Shown: one piece after another, positions 35,553-47,648 of the stretch
How the letters are laid out: each line of letters starts with the position of its first letter
How positions within the stretch are numbered: the stretch's first letter is position 1
The notes under the pieces: model-generated
The model's database searches: none
The model's input: only the letters and a program-made list of their open reading frames with translations
What the model was told of the DNA's origin: nothing
Made by a program: the position numbers and the translations under genes
Source: Mobula hypostoma
Taxonomy: Eukaryota
Assembly (NCBI RefSeq): GCF_963921235.1
Contig: NC_086108.1
Location: 99,450,001-99,514,000, forward strand
DNA: 64,000 bases
Reading direction: 5' to 3'

Positions 35553-36211
35553 GTCATATAAGGAGGAGAGCTAACTTTTCCCACTCCATTTTTATATATG
35601 AACTTTATTCATATAAAAACATTTGCCATAATAAACTACAATGCCTTTTCTTTCTTAGACTGCTAGCTGATGCTTTAAGTAGTATTCTATTGCATTCCTT
35701 CAAACCAATAGTGCTGTAGCCACTCATGTGGCCTTCTGTGGTGGTATACTGCTTCAAGAGTACACAGAAAAATTGTGCTTTTTAAATCACTGCTTATTGT
35801 AACTTACAGTAATTTTTATGCCCTGCATATACTCCTGCTGCAAATCAACAAATTTAATGACATATCTCAGTGATAATAAACCTGATTCTGATAGGAACAT
35901 CAGAAACAGAGTTTTGACCAGCTGCCAATCCAGACATTGGAAACTTGGAAAGGAGGGGACTTCAATCACGTCCACTGTCCGAGGGTAAAAGGCAGGAGTG
36001 GGTTGCAGTAGCGTAATAGAGCTTTGGCCATTGAACAATCAGCATTTGGGATTGATTAATTGATTGGTAAGAGAAAATGAAAGGAAGGCAGGGGCAAGCA
36101 CAGTGGACTTTGAGTGGACAAAGTCCAAGTGGTGATCTTAATTAGGCTTTAGCCCTTCGAGGCTTCAGTGAAGAGAAGTTTCACTCAGAGAAAGTAAAAG
36201 AAAGAAAAGCT

Positions 36212-38990
36212 CATCTTTACTGTATACAGTTGCAGATTGGCAGGTATGATGTTGTAGGCATCATTGAATCATGGTTGAAAGAAGATTACAGCTGGGAGCA
36301 TAATGTCCAATGATACACATTGTATTGAAAGGGCAGGATGGAAGGCAGAGGGGGTGGTGTTGTTCTGTTGTTAAAAAGTGAAATCAAATCATTAGAAAGA
36401 GGTGACATAGGGTTGGAAGGTGTTGAATCATTGTGGATAGAGTTAAGGAACTGCAAGGGTAAAAGGACCCTGATCGGAATTGCATACAGACCCCCAAGGA
36501 GTATTATGAATGTGGTCTACAAATTGCAATGGGAGATAGAAAATGCATGCCAACAGGGCAATGTTGTAATAGTCATGGGGGACGTCAATATGCAGGTAGA
36601 GTGGGAATATCAGGTCGGCGCTGGATTCTTGGAGGAGGAATTCTTAGAGTGCCTATGAGATGGCTTCTTAGAGCAGCTCATGGTTGAACCCACTAGAGGA
36701 TTAGCTATCCTGGATTGGGTGCTGTGCAATGAACCAGAATTGATTAGAGAGCTGAAGGTAAAGGGATCCTTTGGGAAAATAATATGACTGAATTCACCCT
36801 GAAATTTGAGAAGGAGAAGCTTAAATCAGATGTAACAATATTAGAGTGAAGTAAAGGGAATTATAGAGGCATGAGAGAGGAGTTGGCCAGAATCAATTGG
36901 TAAAAAAACACTGACTAGGATGACAGCAGAGCAGAGTGGCTGGAATTTCTGGAAGCAATTCGGAAGGCACATGATATATGCATGCCTAAGAGGAAGAAGT
37001 ATTCTAAAGGAAAGATGACACAACTGTGGCTAACAAGAGAAGTCAAAGCCAACATAAAAACCAAAGAGAGAGCATATAATAGAGCAAAAATTAATGAGAA
37101 GCTAGAGGATTGAAAAGCTTTGAAAAGCCAGCAGAAGGCAACCAAAAAGTCATTAAGAAGGTAAAGATGGAATACTAAAGTAAGTAGCCAAGAATATTAA
37201 AGGGGATACCAAAAGTTTCTTCAGATCCATAAAGTGCAAAAGAGAGGCAAGAGTGGATATCGGAATGCTGGAAAATGATGCTGGAGAGGTAGCAATGGGG
37301 AACAACAAAATGGCAGATGAACTGAATAAGTATTTTGCATCAGTCTTCATGGTGGAAGACACTAGCTGTATGATGGAAGTTCCAGGTGTCAGGCGTCATG
37401 AAGTGTGTGAATTTACCATAACTAGAGAGAAGATTCTGGGGAAACTGAAATATCTAAAGGTAGATAAGTCACCTGGACCAGATGATATACACATCAGAGT
37501 TCTGAAAGAGGTGGCTGAAGAGATTGTGGAGGCATTAGTTATGATCTTTCAAGAATCACTAGGTTCTGGAATTGTTCCAGAAGACTGTCACTCCACTCTT
37601 TAAGAAGGGAGAGAGGCAGAAGAAAGGAAGCTATAGACCAGTTAGTCTGACCTCAGTGGTTGGGAAGATGCTGGAGTTAATTAAGGATGAGGTCTCAGGG
37701 TTCCTGAAGGCACATGATAAAATAGGCCGTAGTCAGCATGGTTTCCTCATGGGAAAATCTTGCCTGGCAAATCTGTTGGAATTTTTTGAAGAGATAACTG
37801 GCAGCATAGACAAAGAAAAATCACTTGAGGTTGTATACTTGGATTTTAAGAAGGCTTTTGGCAAGGTGCCACACATGAGGCTTTTTAACAAGCTGTGAGC
37901 CCATGGTATTATAGGGAAGATTTTAGCATCGATAATGCAGTGGTTGATTGGCAAGAGGCAAAGAGTGGGAATAAAGGGAGCCTTTTCTGAACGGCTGCCA
38001 GTGACTAGTGGTGTTCCACAGGGGTCTGTCCTTGGGCCGATTCATTTTACTTTATATGTCAATGATTTGGATGATGGAATTGATTGCTTTGTTGCAAAGT
38101 TTGTAGACAATATGAAGCTAGGTGGAATGACAGGTAGTTTTGAAGAAGCAGAGAGGCTACAGAAGGATGTAGACAGATTAGGAGAATGGGCAAAGAAATG
38201 GCCAATGGAATACAGTGTCAGGATGTGTATGGTCAAGCAATTTGGTAGAAGAAATGAAAGAGTTGACTATTTTCTAAATGGAGAGAAAATACAAAAATCT
38301 GAGGTGAAAAGGGACTTGGGAGTCCTTGTGCAGGATCGTTAATTTGCAGGTTGAGTTTGTGGTGAGGAAGGTAAATGCAATTTAAGCACTTGTTTCAAGA
38401 GGACTTGAATATAAAAGCAAGGTTGTAATGTTGAGACTTTATAATGCACTGGAAAGGACTCACTTGGAGTATTGTGAGCAGTTTTGGGCCCCTATCTTTG
38501 AAAGAATGTGCTGAAACTGGAGAGGGTTCAAAGGAAAAATGGTTCCAAGATTGAATAGCTTGCTCTAGGAAAAGTATTTGAAGGCTCTGGGCCTGTATTC
38601 ACTGGAATTCAGAAGAATGAAAGGTGACCTCATTGAGACCTATCAAATGGTGAAAGGCCTTGATAGAGTGGATAGGGAGAGGATGCTTCCTATGGTGGGA
38701 GAGTCTAAGACCAGAGAACACAATATCAAAAGAAAGGGCTGTCCTTTTAGAATGAAGATGAGGAGAGTGGTAAATCTGTGGAATTCTTTGCCACAGGCAG
38801 CTGTGAAGGCCAAGTCTTTATTTATATTTAAGGCAGAGATTGATAGATTCTTGATTGGTCAGGGCATGAAGGGATACAGGGAGAAAGCAGAAGATTGGGA
38901 CTGAGAGGAAAATTGGATCAGCCATGATGAAATGGCAGAGCAGACGATGAGCAAACTGGTCTAATCCTGCTCCTATAACTTATGGTCTTA
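36212..38990 (+). mobile_element. Decayed CR1 ORF2 (APE + RT) and 3' UTR
   Basis: A series of broken ORFs at 36338-38904 collinear with the 3717 ORF. Tail CTTATGGTCTTA. Confidence 0.93.
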
Positions 38991-39134
38991 AGCTCTAATA
39001 GAATAGAGTTTTGGGAAGACACTACATGGTTCACAGTGGTGCAACTGTTGGTGCTGTTGTCTCTCAGGTCAAAGGTTCAAAGTTCAAAGGTCAAAGTAAA
39101 TTTTTTGTCAAAGTATATATATTTCACTATATTT

Positions 39135-39431
39135 AAGGCATCCGTTAGTCTTGCGAGACCATGGATCTGCACCTGGAAAGTCTTCACTCTCCAGGACGCA
39201 GGCCTGGGCTAGGTTGTATGGAAGACCAGCAGCTGCCCATGCTGCAAGTCTCCCCTCTCCACGACACCAATGTTGTCCAAGGGAAGGGCATTAGGACCCA
39301 TACAGCTTGGCACCAGTGTCGTCGCAGAGCAATGTGTAATCAAGTGTCTTGCTCACGTTCCCTCGGCTGGGGCTCGAACTCACAACCTTCAGGCTGCTAG
39401 CCCAATGCCTTAACCACTTGGCCACGTGCCC
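39135..39431 (-). mobile_element. SINE S1, full length, inserted in a Rex1-like tail
   Basis: TSD ATTTCACTAT at 39121-39130 and 39435-39444. A and B boxes on the minus strand. Confidence 0.9.
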
Positions 39432-39519
39432 ACCATTTCACTATCTACAATGCTGAGATTCATTTTCTTGCAGGCATTCATGAAAAAAAATTCTGGCACT
39501 GAGTTTTTAAAACTTTTAT

Positions 39520-39780
39520 TAACATACAGTACAGAATAGGCCCTTCTGGGCCTTCAAGCCATGCCACCCAGCCATCCCCCGATTTAATGACGTGACAACT
39601 TACAATGACCAATTAACTTACAAGCTGGTAGGTTTTTGGACTATGGGAGAAAACCAGAGCACCCGGACGAAACCCACACCGTCATGGGGAGAATATACAA
39701 ACTCCTTATCGGCAGCAGCGGAGTTGAACCCGTTTTGCTGGTACTGTAAACCCCTGTGCCAACCACTACACTACTATGCC
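39520..39780 (-). mobile_element. V-SINE
   Basis: GGGAGAAAACCAGAGCACCCGGACGAAACCCAC is the reverse V-domain. Confidence 0.75.
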
Positions 39781-40899
39781 ATTCTAGCATTTTCTGGGGA
39801 GCCCTGTTCGATCTTAGCCTTGGGTGCGGTGTATGGAATTTGTGTGATCGTCCATTGATCAACTGTGTCTGCCCTGGGAGCTCCAGTTCCTTCCCACATC
39901 CCAAAGACATGATTGTGGGTTAATTTTGTGCACTTCTCTAAGTGTATCAAAGTGGCCTGTGAGAATGATTGCCGGGCAATATGGGGAGGGTGAATGGGAC
40001 TGCTAGGGATGGCAGTGCTGGGAGCTGCCACTTGCATGACATAAATGTGTGCAGTCTTCTGAATTGTATCAGCCAAGAACAGAGCTAAATCCAAACAAAA
40101 CTACATCTGTTTATAAAGTTTGCCAGACGTGGAACAGAAAAACGTGATTGATGGTAATGAAGTTGGGCTGTTCAAGAACGTGTGTTATAAAATGCAGCAG
40201 TTAGAAAGAAAATTGATGAGGATCATGACGACACTGTGGACAAATGAGCGACAACCTTAAGAATTTACTGAAGCACAGAAGGATGGAGAAATGAAAGCGA
40301 AATTAGAACCCTAAACACAAGCGATTCTGTGGATGCTAGAAATTTTGAGCAGCGCACACACACACACGCAAAAAAATGCTGGAGGATCCTAGCAAGTCAG
40401 ACAGCATCAATGGAGGGAATAAACAGTTAATGTTTCAGAACTTGAAACCCTTCCAGTTTGCAGAACCTGGTAAATTGGATTGTGATCATATCCCTCCTCC
40501 CTATCATAATAGTTTTGGTCCCCCCGTTACTGATGAAGAATTAGAATTACTTTCAATTATATAGCAGCTAAGGATATTCCATAGCCTTTTACAACCAAAA
40601 ATGTTTATCTAGGAGGAACAGGTGTGATGGGAACTACTGTCCATTTTAAACTTAGCTGAGTCTGTGAATCTCTGTGAGTCTGCAGGGAAAGATGAAGGCC
40701 GAAAGTCCATGAGTCTGTTGGAAACTGAAGGCCAAGTACGGCCAGTCCTGGGATTAGAGGACTGTGTATTTGCATGGGTGGATGGGAAGAAGGAGTGGGG
40801 GTTGTTTCTTTCTTGTTGCTTGTCACTTAAAATGTTCTGGTTTGTTGAGTTCTGTGATGTTCTATTGAGCACGGTGGGCATGCTATTTTTTAAAACTGG

Positions 40900-41175
40900 G
40901 ATACACCATGGAACAGGCCTTTCTGGCCCTTTGAGCCAAACCACCTGGCAATTCCCCAAATTAATCGGAGCCTAATCAGAGGACAAGTTGCAATGACCAA
41001 TTAATCTACCAACCAGTACGTCTTTGAACTGAGAGAGGAAACCGGCGCACCCAGAGAAAACCCGCGCGATCACAGGGAGAACGTACAAACTCCTTGCAGA
41101 CAGCGGCAGAAACTGGACCCAGGTTTCTGGTACCATAAAGCATTGTGCTAACCGCGACTATACCAGGCCACGCCG
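40900..41175 (-). mobile_element. V-SINE
   Basis: GAGGAAACCGGCGCACCCAGAGAAAACCCGCGCGATCACAGGGAGAACGTACAAACTCCTT. Confidence 0.8.
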
Positions 41176-42057
41176 CTGCAATGTGTGGTGATGCTTGCGG
41201 GCCACCTCGGGCACATCCTTCAGTGTGTTGGTTGTTAATGCAGGCGATGCATTTCACTGTATGTGTGATAAGTAAGTAAATCTGAGTCTGAAAGATTGCG
41301 GGATAATGTCTAAATTTCTGCATTGCAGATCAACCATAGAGATTCAGTTAAATAGGGCGGTGTTGAATAAGCATCTACGGAAGGAAATGTGTTGGTAAAT
41401 GAAATACTTAAGTATATAATTAGTAGGATTTGCTTTCTCCGCTACTATCTCTACTAAATCCTTAATTGAAATTCAGAAACTAAAACATATTTACATGTAA
41501 ACTCACTACATCATATTGTTCTACTGAGCAATGTTATGGAGAGCAATTTATCATAATTTGTGAGGAGGAAGTTATCTTGTGGGAGTGTTGCTTAAAGGCA
41601 TAAAGTGTGTTTTAAGGCAAAACAAAACAGTAAAGTTGTCCTCTCTCAGTAACAGTAGCAGTCTAAAACATTGAGGCATAGAAACAGAAAATCTACAGCA
41701 CATTACAGGCCATTCGGCCCACAAGGTTCTGCCAACCATGTAACCTACTCTAGAAGCTGCCTAGAATTTCCCTACTGCATAGCCCTCTATTTTTCTAAGC
41801 TCCACATACCAAAATTGGTAAAAAAAAAATTAGTTCATGCCAAATATAGGTGATGTTGCCAGGTCTGTGTTTATCATAACAGGACTTAGACCATTATAGT
41901 GCCCCCAGACTGGGATTGTATGGAGAATTCCAGGATATTGAACCAGTGGTCAAGTTTGGACAGACCAGTTAAGGGAGAGTGAGACGTGACCTGATTGAAA
42001 AATGGTCCCAAGAGGTCTCAACAACGTCGATGCCGGAGAATCTAGAATCAGGCTTCT

Positions 42058-42173
42058 TCCCCCTTCTTGATAAGTCCTGATGAAGGGTCTTATCCTGAAA
42101 AGTCAGCTGTTTATTTGCTTCCATTGATGCTGCTTGACCTGCCGAGTTTCTCTAGCAATTTGTATGTGTTGCT
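42058..42173 (+). mobile_element. Penelope 3' tip with degenerate hammerhead (42073-42108)
   Basis: AGTC-CTGATGA-AGG-GTCTTAT-CCT-GAAA-AGTC, then the Penelope terminus. Confidence 0.75.
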
Positions 42174-42619
42174 TTTGAACCAGGGATTACTGATAAGGGA
42201 GCGTCCACTTAAGATAGATGTTGAGTGATCAAAGGCTTTTCTCTTTGGAGTGAAGAAGGTTGAGAGGTGACTTGATAGAGCTATATAAGATTATAAGAGG
42301 CATAGATAGAGGGAACACACAGCACCTTTATTTCCCAGGGCAGCAATGGCTTGTACAGGAAGACATCCTTTTTGGGTGAGTAGACAAGAAGTTTAGAGGA
42401 GATGTCAGAGTGGTAAGCCATAGAGAGTGGTAAATGCACTGTCCAGAGAGGTTCTACAGCCTAATACATTAGGGACATTTAAGAGACTCATAACTAGGTA
42501 CATTGATAAAAGAAAATTGGAAGGCTATGTGTGATGGAAGGGTTAGATTGATCTTGGAGTAGGTTAAAAGGACAGCAGAACATTGCGGGCTGAAGGTCTA
42601 CTATTGCCTAAAAAGAATG

Positions 42620-44160
42620 CAGTAACCTGCTTCAATGGCTGTCATTGAGAAGCACCTACATCCACTGTGATAAAGTGCTCTGAGAAGTTGGTGTTGAAAT
42701 ATGTATATTATCTCCTGTTTAAGAAGTGACTTGGCTCCAGTCCAATTATTCTAGCATCACAACAGTTCTTCAGCAAATGCCATTTCATTGGCTCTTCACT
42801 CAATCCTGAAATATCTGGACAGTGAAAAAGCATACATCAGGATGCTCTTCATTGACTACAGCTCAGCATTCAATACTACCATCCCCTTAAACTAATCAAT
42901 AAGCTTCAAGTCCTAGGTCTTAATTTCTCCTTATGCAACTGGATCCTCGATTTCCTCACTTGCAGACTCCAGTCAGTTGGACTGGCAACAACATCTCCTC
43001 CACAACCTGCCTCCACACTGGTATCCACAAGGATGCTGCTTAGCTTCCTGCTCGACTTGCTTTACACTGGAGGCCAAGTACACCTCCAATGCCATATTTC
43101 AGTTTACTGATGGCTCCACTGTCACTGGTCGACTCAAAGGTGTTGATGAATCAACATGTAGGAGGGAGATTGAAAATTTGGCTGAATGGTGCCACAACAA
43201 TAACCACTCACTCAATTTCAGCAAGATGAGGGAGATAATTATTGACTTCAGGAGGAGGAAACCTGAGGTCCATGAGCCACTCGTCATTGGGAAATCACAG
43301 AAGGAGAGGGTCAGCAACTTTAAATTGCTCCGTGTTATCATTTCAGAGGATTTGTCCTGGATCCAGGATATAAGTGCCATTACAAGGAAAGCACAGGAGT
43401 GTCTCTACTTTCTTAGAAGTTTGCAAAGATTTGGCATGTCATCTTAAATTTTGACCAACTTCTATAGATGTGTGGTGGAGAGTATACTAGCTGGTTGCAT
43501 TACCACCTGGTATAGACACACCAATCCCCTTGTATGTAAAAGTATACAAAATGTATTGAATGCAGCACAGTCTATCACGGGTAGAGCCCTCCCCACCATT
43601 GAACATATCTAAACAGAGCACTATCTCAGGAAATCAGCATCCATCGTCAAGGACTACCACCATCCAAGTTTTTTCGCTACTGCCATAAGGAAGAAGGTAC
43701 AGGAGCCTCAGGATGAACACCACCAGGTTCAGGAACCATCATTGCCCCTCAACCATCAGGTTCCTGAATCAGACAAAATTACTTCGCTCAACTTCAATCA
43801 TCCCAACACTGAACTATTCCCACAACCTATGACTCACTTTCAATAACTCTTCATATCATGTTCTTGATATTTATTGCTTATTTATTTATTATTATTTTCT
43901 CTTTTTTTGATTTTGCACAGTTTGTTGTTTTTAACTGCTATTAACTGCTTTTTAACTGCTATAAGAAAGTTAATCTGTGGACTGTATATAGTGATATGGG
44001 AGGGGGGTTGTTTGAGGTTCTAATGTTTAACCGTCATTCATTCTTTGGGGCATCCCTCAGTTTTCATGGATGTTTGCAAAGAAAAAGAATGTATATTGTA
44101 TACATTTCTCTGCCATTTGATGTACCTGTTGAACCTATTGATAATAAACTTACTTTGAAC
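42620..44160 (+). mobile_element. Rex1/Babar-like LINE, decayed RT domain through 3' tail
   Basis: [55 protein letters not shown]. Tail ATAATAAACTTACTTTGAAC. Confidence 0.85.
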
Positions 44161-44249
44161 TGTGTTTCTATATTCCTACATTACCTTCCTGCTAAGAAAG
44201 CAGCTTTATTTATATATTCAGAGAACCAGGATGGCCCATACAGCAACCC

Positions 44250-44472
44250 ATCTATTTAACCCTAGCCTAATCACAGGACAATTTACAATGACCAATTAAC
44301 CTGCTAACAGGTATATCTTTGGACTGTGGGAGTAAACCGAGCACCCAGAGAAAAACCATACGGTCACGGGGAGCCTGTGCAAACTCTTTGCAGGTGGTGC
44401 TGCAATTGAACCCTGAACTCCAACGTCCCGAGATGTAATAGTGACACACTAACGCTGTGCTACTGTGGCACT
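44250..44472 (-). mobile_element. V-SINE
   Basis: CTTTGGACTGTGGGAGTAAACCGAGCACCCAGAG is the reverse V-domain. Confidence 0.8.
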
Positions 44473-44524
44473 CCTTTCATACACAGTTATGATTCTGCAG
44501 TTCACTTCAGAATCACCTTGCCTC

Positions 44525-44880
44525 TGAAAGTGTCTTCAATACATCTGCCTCGCTCATAGCCCCTATGGTCCATGCACTCACTACTCTCTCCACTCTCTGT
44601 GCAAAAAAAAACCTGCCTCTGACATTCCCCAAATACTTTCCTTCCAACACCTTAAAATGATGCCTGCTTGTATTAACCATTTCCACCTTATATACCTTTT
44701 GTCATCTTTTACACCTCCATCAGGACATATCTCCTCCTCCTTCTCTCCAAAGAGAAAAGCCCTAGATCGCGCATCCCATCCTCATAAGTCATGCTGTCTG
44801 ATCCAGGGAGCATCCTGGTAACATCCTCTGTACCCTCTCTAAAGCCTTTTCCTGTGTCTCCACAGTGATCCTTAAATAGA
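44525..44880 (-). mobile_element. Old CR1 3' coding fragment
   Basis: Minus strand reads TRMLPGSDSMTYEDGMRDLGLFSLERRR. Confidence 0.7.
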
Positions 44881-44887
44881 CACAAGG

Positions 44888-45218
44888 ACGCCACGGTAAC
44901 GTAACGGTTAGCACCAGTGATCCAGGTTCGATTCCATCACTGTCTGTAAGGAATCTGTAAGGTTTCCTCCACACCCGATGAAGGGTCTTGGTTTGAAACG
45001 TCAACTGTTTGTTTGCCTCCATATATGCTGCCTGACCTGCTGAGTTCCTCCAGCATTTTGTGTGTCTGTTACTCTGGATTTCCTCCAGGGTCTCTGGTTT
45101 CCTCCACATTTCAAAAACGTGTGGATTAGTAGATTATTTGCTCATATGGGCCCAGTTAGGTGGTGCAGGCTCTTTAGACTGGAAGGACCAGTTACCCTGC
45201 TCTATCTCGAAAATAAAA
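44888..45218 (+). mobile_element. V-SINE interrupted by a Penelope 3' tip (about 44975-45082)
   Basis: tRNA-like head with GGTTCGATTCC. Insert CCGATGAAGGGTCTTGGTTTGAAACGTC...CAGCATTTTGTGTG. The V-domain resumes after it. Confidence 0.75.
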
Positions 45219-46363
45219 TATTTCCTTAGCAAGTCTTTTACTCTTAATATACTTAATAAATATATGAGAATTCTTTATATTATCTGGTAAGGCTATCTTA
45301 GCCCCTTTTTATCCTATCAGTTTTGCATCAGACAATAACCTCATGCCAGCGACATCACTTCCTTTCCCACTGTCATCAAGAGACCAATTCTGATTCGATG
45401 AGGAATACCAACCCAGTGAAGCTAGTAGGCTTCGAGCTATACACAATTAGGGGATCCGTAGTCAGAATACTGCAGCTCTGCAACATCAAATCATTCCAAT
45501 TAAACTACTGCAAGGAGTCTGGCATAGCTCAGTTCTTAGTGGGTTAATCAACATACAAAATTCAAAGTATAAATTTATTATTGAAGTATGTATACCATAT
45601 ACACTTCAGGTTCATCTTCTTGCAGGCAGCCACAAAACAAAGAAACACAACAGAATACAGGGAAAGCCACACACAATAAAGACCGACAAACATCTAATCT
45701 GCAAAAAAAAGACAAATTGCGCAAATAGTAATAAAAAAGTAAACAAATTACTGCTAGTGTTGTTGGGTGTAGGAGAACCAAGGAGCCATTCATGGATTTC
45801 GGGTAAGAAGCGGTGGAATTAGATTGAGAATGCTCCAACAGTGGACAGACTTGAGGGGCCAAATGACCTCCTTAACTTTTACAAGAAAATACGAAATATG
45901 AAAGTGAAAGCTGACTGCCACTACTAGAAATCTGAAATATAGTGGCCTTGGTCATTGAGTGGACCAGGCCCTCGTGCCATGGCATTTCCTGTGATAGCCA
46001 TCCAGGGGAGGATTTGCTGGAAGTCATGTGGGAAAGAACATAGACACAGAGGGCACACTGGAATTCTTGCTGGGGTTGGGAGTTTGCCCTGCAGGCTGAC
46101 TCTCAGGCTGGTGCTCCTCTCCAGTGTTTGCTCCCTGGACAACAAGCTCATTTTCCTTCACTAGGGGATGACCCAGTGTGAGATAGGGAGCTGCTACATG
46201 TTTGTTCTTGCAGAAACGTGCCTCCAGGGCAATGTCCGATGCACATTCAGCCTTCTGGCAAGCTAGTTATGGACTTGTGCAATATTATTTTGTAACGCTA
46301 TGTGCTATGGTAACTATACAGTTTGTGCTGGTACTGCGTGTGACTGTATGAACTCTGATTTGC

Positions 46364-46631
46364 AACAGAGATGAGGAGAAAATTTTAGCCAGAGGGTTGT
46401 GGATTTATGGAATTCGTTGCCACATACAGCTGTGGAGGCCCGATCATTGAGGGTGTTTAAGGAAGAGATTGATAGGTACCTAATTAGTCAGGGTATCAAG
46501 GGATATGGGGAAAAAGCTGGAAATTGGAACCAGATGGGAGAATAGTTTAGCTCATGGTGGAGTGGCGGAGCAGACTCGATGGGCCAAATGGCCTACTTCT
46601 GCTCCTTTGTCTTGTGATCTTGTGATCTTGT
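46364..46631 (+). mobile_element. CR1 3' end with (TCTTGTGA)n tail
   Basis: FSQRVVDLWNSLP motif, CR1 3' UTR and tail TCTTGTGATCTTGTGATCTTGT. Confidence 0.85.
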
Positions 46632-47286
46632 CCTTGGAGGAGCATTGTTTCATTTAGCTGTATGTATATGAATGATTGAGTGACAATTAAACTTGAACAG
46701 ATGCTGCCTGACCTGCTGATTCTCTGTTCATTTCTGATTTCTAACATCTATCATCATTTTTGTACTCATGCTTAAGATCAGGATGTCATGTTTCCGGTCA
46801 CCTTTGACTACAAGTACCAATTGAGTGATCTACCCTGACCTCCTATCATCTCTAAAGATCTATCTTGGGCCCAAAATATTGATCCAATTATGAAGCAGGT
46901 ATACCAGCGGTTACATTTTAAGGGAACTTGAGGAGATTTAGAGCATCATAAAAGTCTAGCAACTTTCTGTAAATGTACCATGCAAAGCATTCTTACTGGT
47001 TGCATCACTCTGTGGATCAGAAAAGCTACAGAAGCTTGTAAACTCAGACAGCTTCATCACGGAAACTATCCTCACTCATATCAAAGACATCTTCAAAAGG
47101 CAATGCCTCAAAAAGTAGCAGTCGTCATTAAGGATCCCACCACGCATGACATGGCCTCTTCTCACTATGATCAAGAGGGAGAAGGTACAGGAGCCTGAAG
47201 TCAGACTGAAGTCAGGAACTTTTGAACCTTTGAAACTTTGAAGTCAGGCTGACAGTCTGTTTGTCAGTCTTTGTGAGTAGTTTTTC

Positions 47287-47604
47287 TTTTATTTTTGTAA
47301 TTTATTTTTTATTGAAATTCAACATCATACAAACATTTCCATAAGATGTGTTTCAGATACTGTATTCATATTCATGTTTGCCACAAATCTCAACATAGCA
47401 TTTATCTGAGGTATACACTTACAGAAAGAAAGAACAAACAAGAAGAAAATTGTGTATAAGTAGGGAGTGATCTTTTTCTTACAACATAATCTTTGATTTG
47501 TGAGAATAAAATTAGGCCTATGGGGTGTTATATAGTTAAACCATTTTTCCCAGTATGAATCAAATTGTTCCAATTTATGATTGGCAGATGCTGTTAAAAT
47601 GGAA
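47287..47604 (-). mobile_element. L1-clade LINE 3' end with A-rich tail
   Basis: Minus strand reads TASANHKLEQFDSYWEKWFNYITPHRP, like the C-terminus of fish-type L1 ORF2. T-rich tail on the plus strand. TSD TAGTTTTTC at 47278-47286 and 47605-47613. Confidence 0.7.
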
Positions 47605-47648
47605 TAGTTTTTCATTGATTCAATTGTATTTCTTTGTTCATGAATGCC

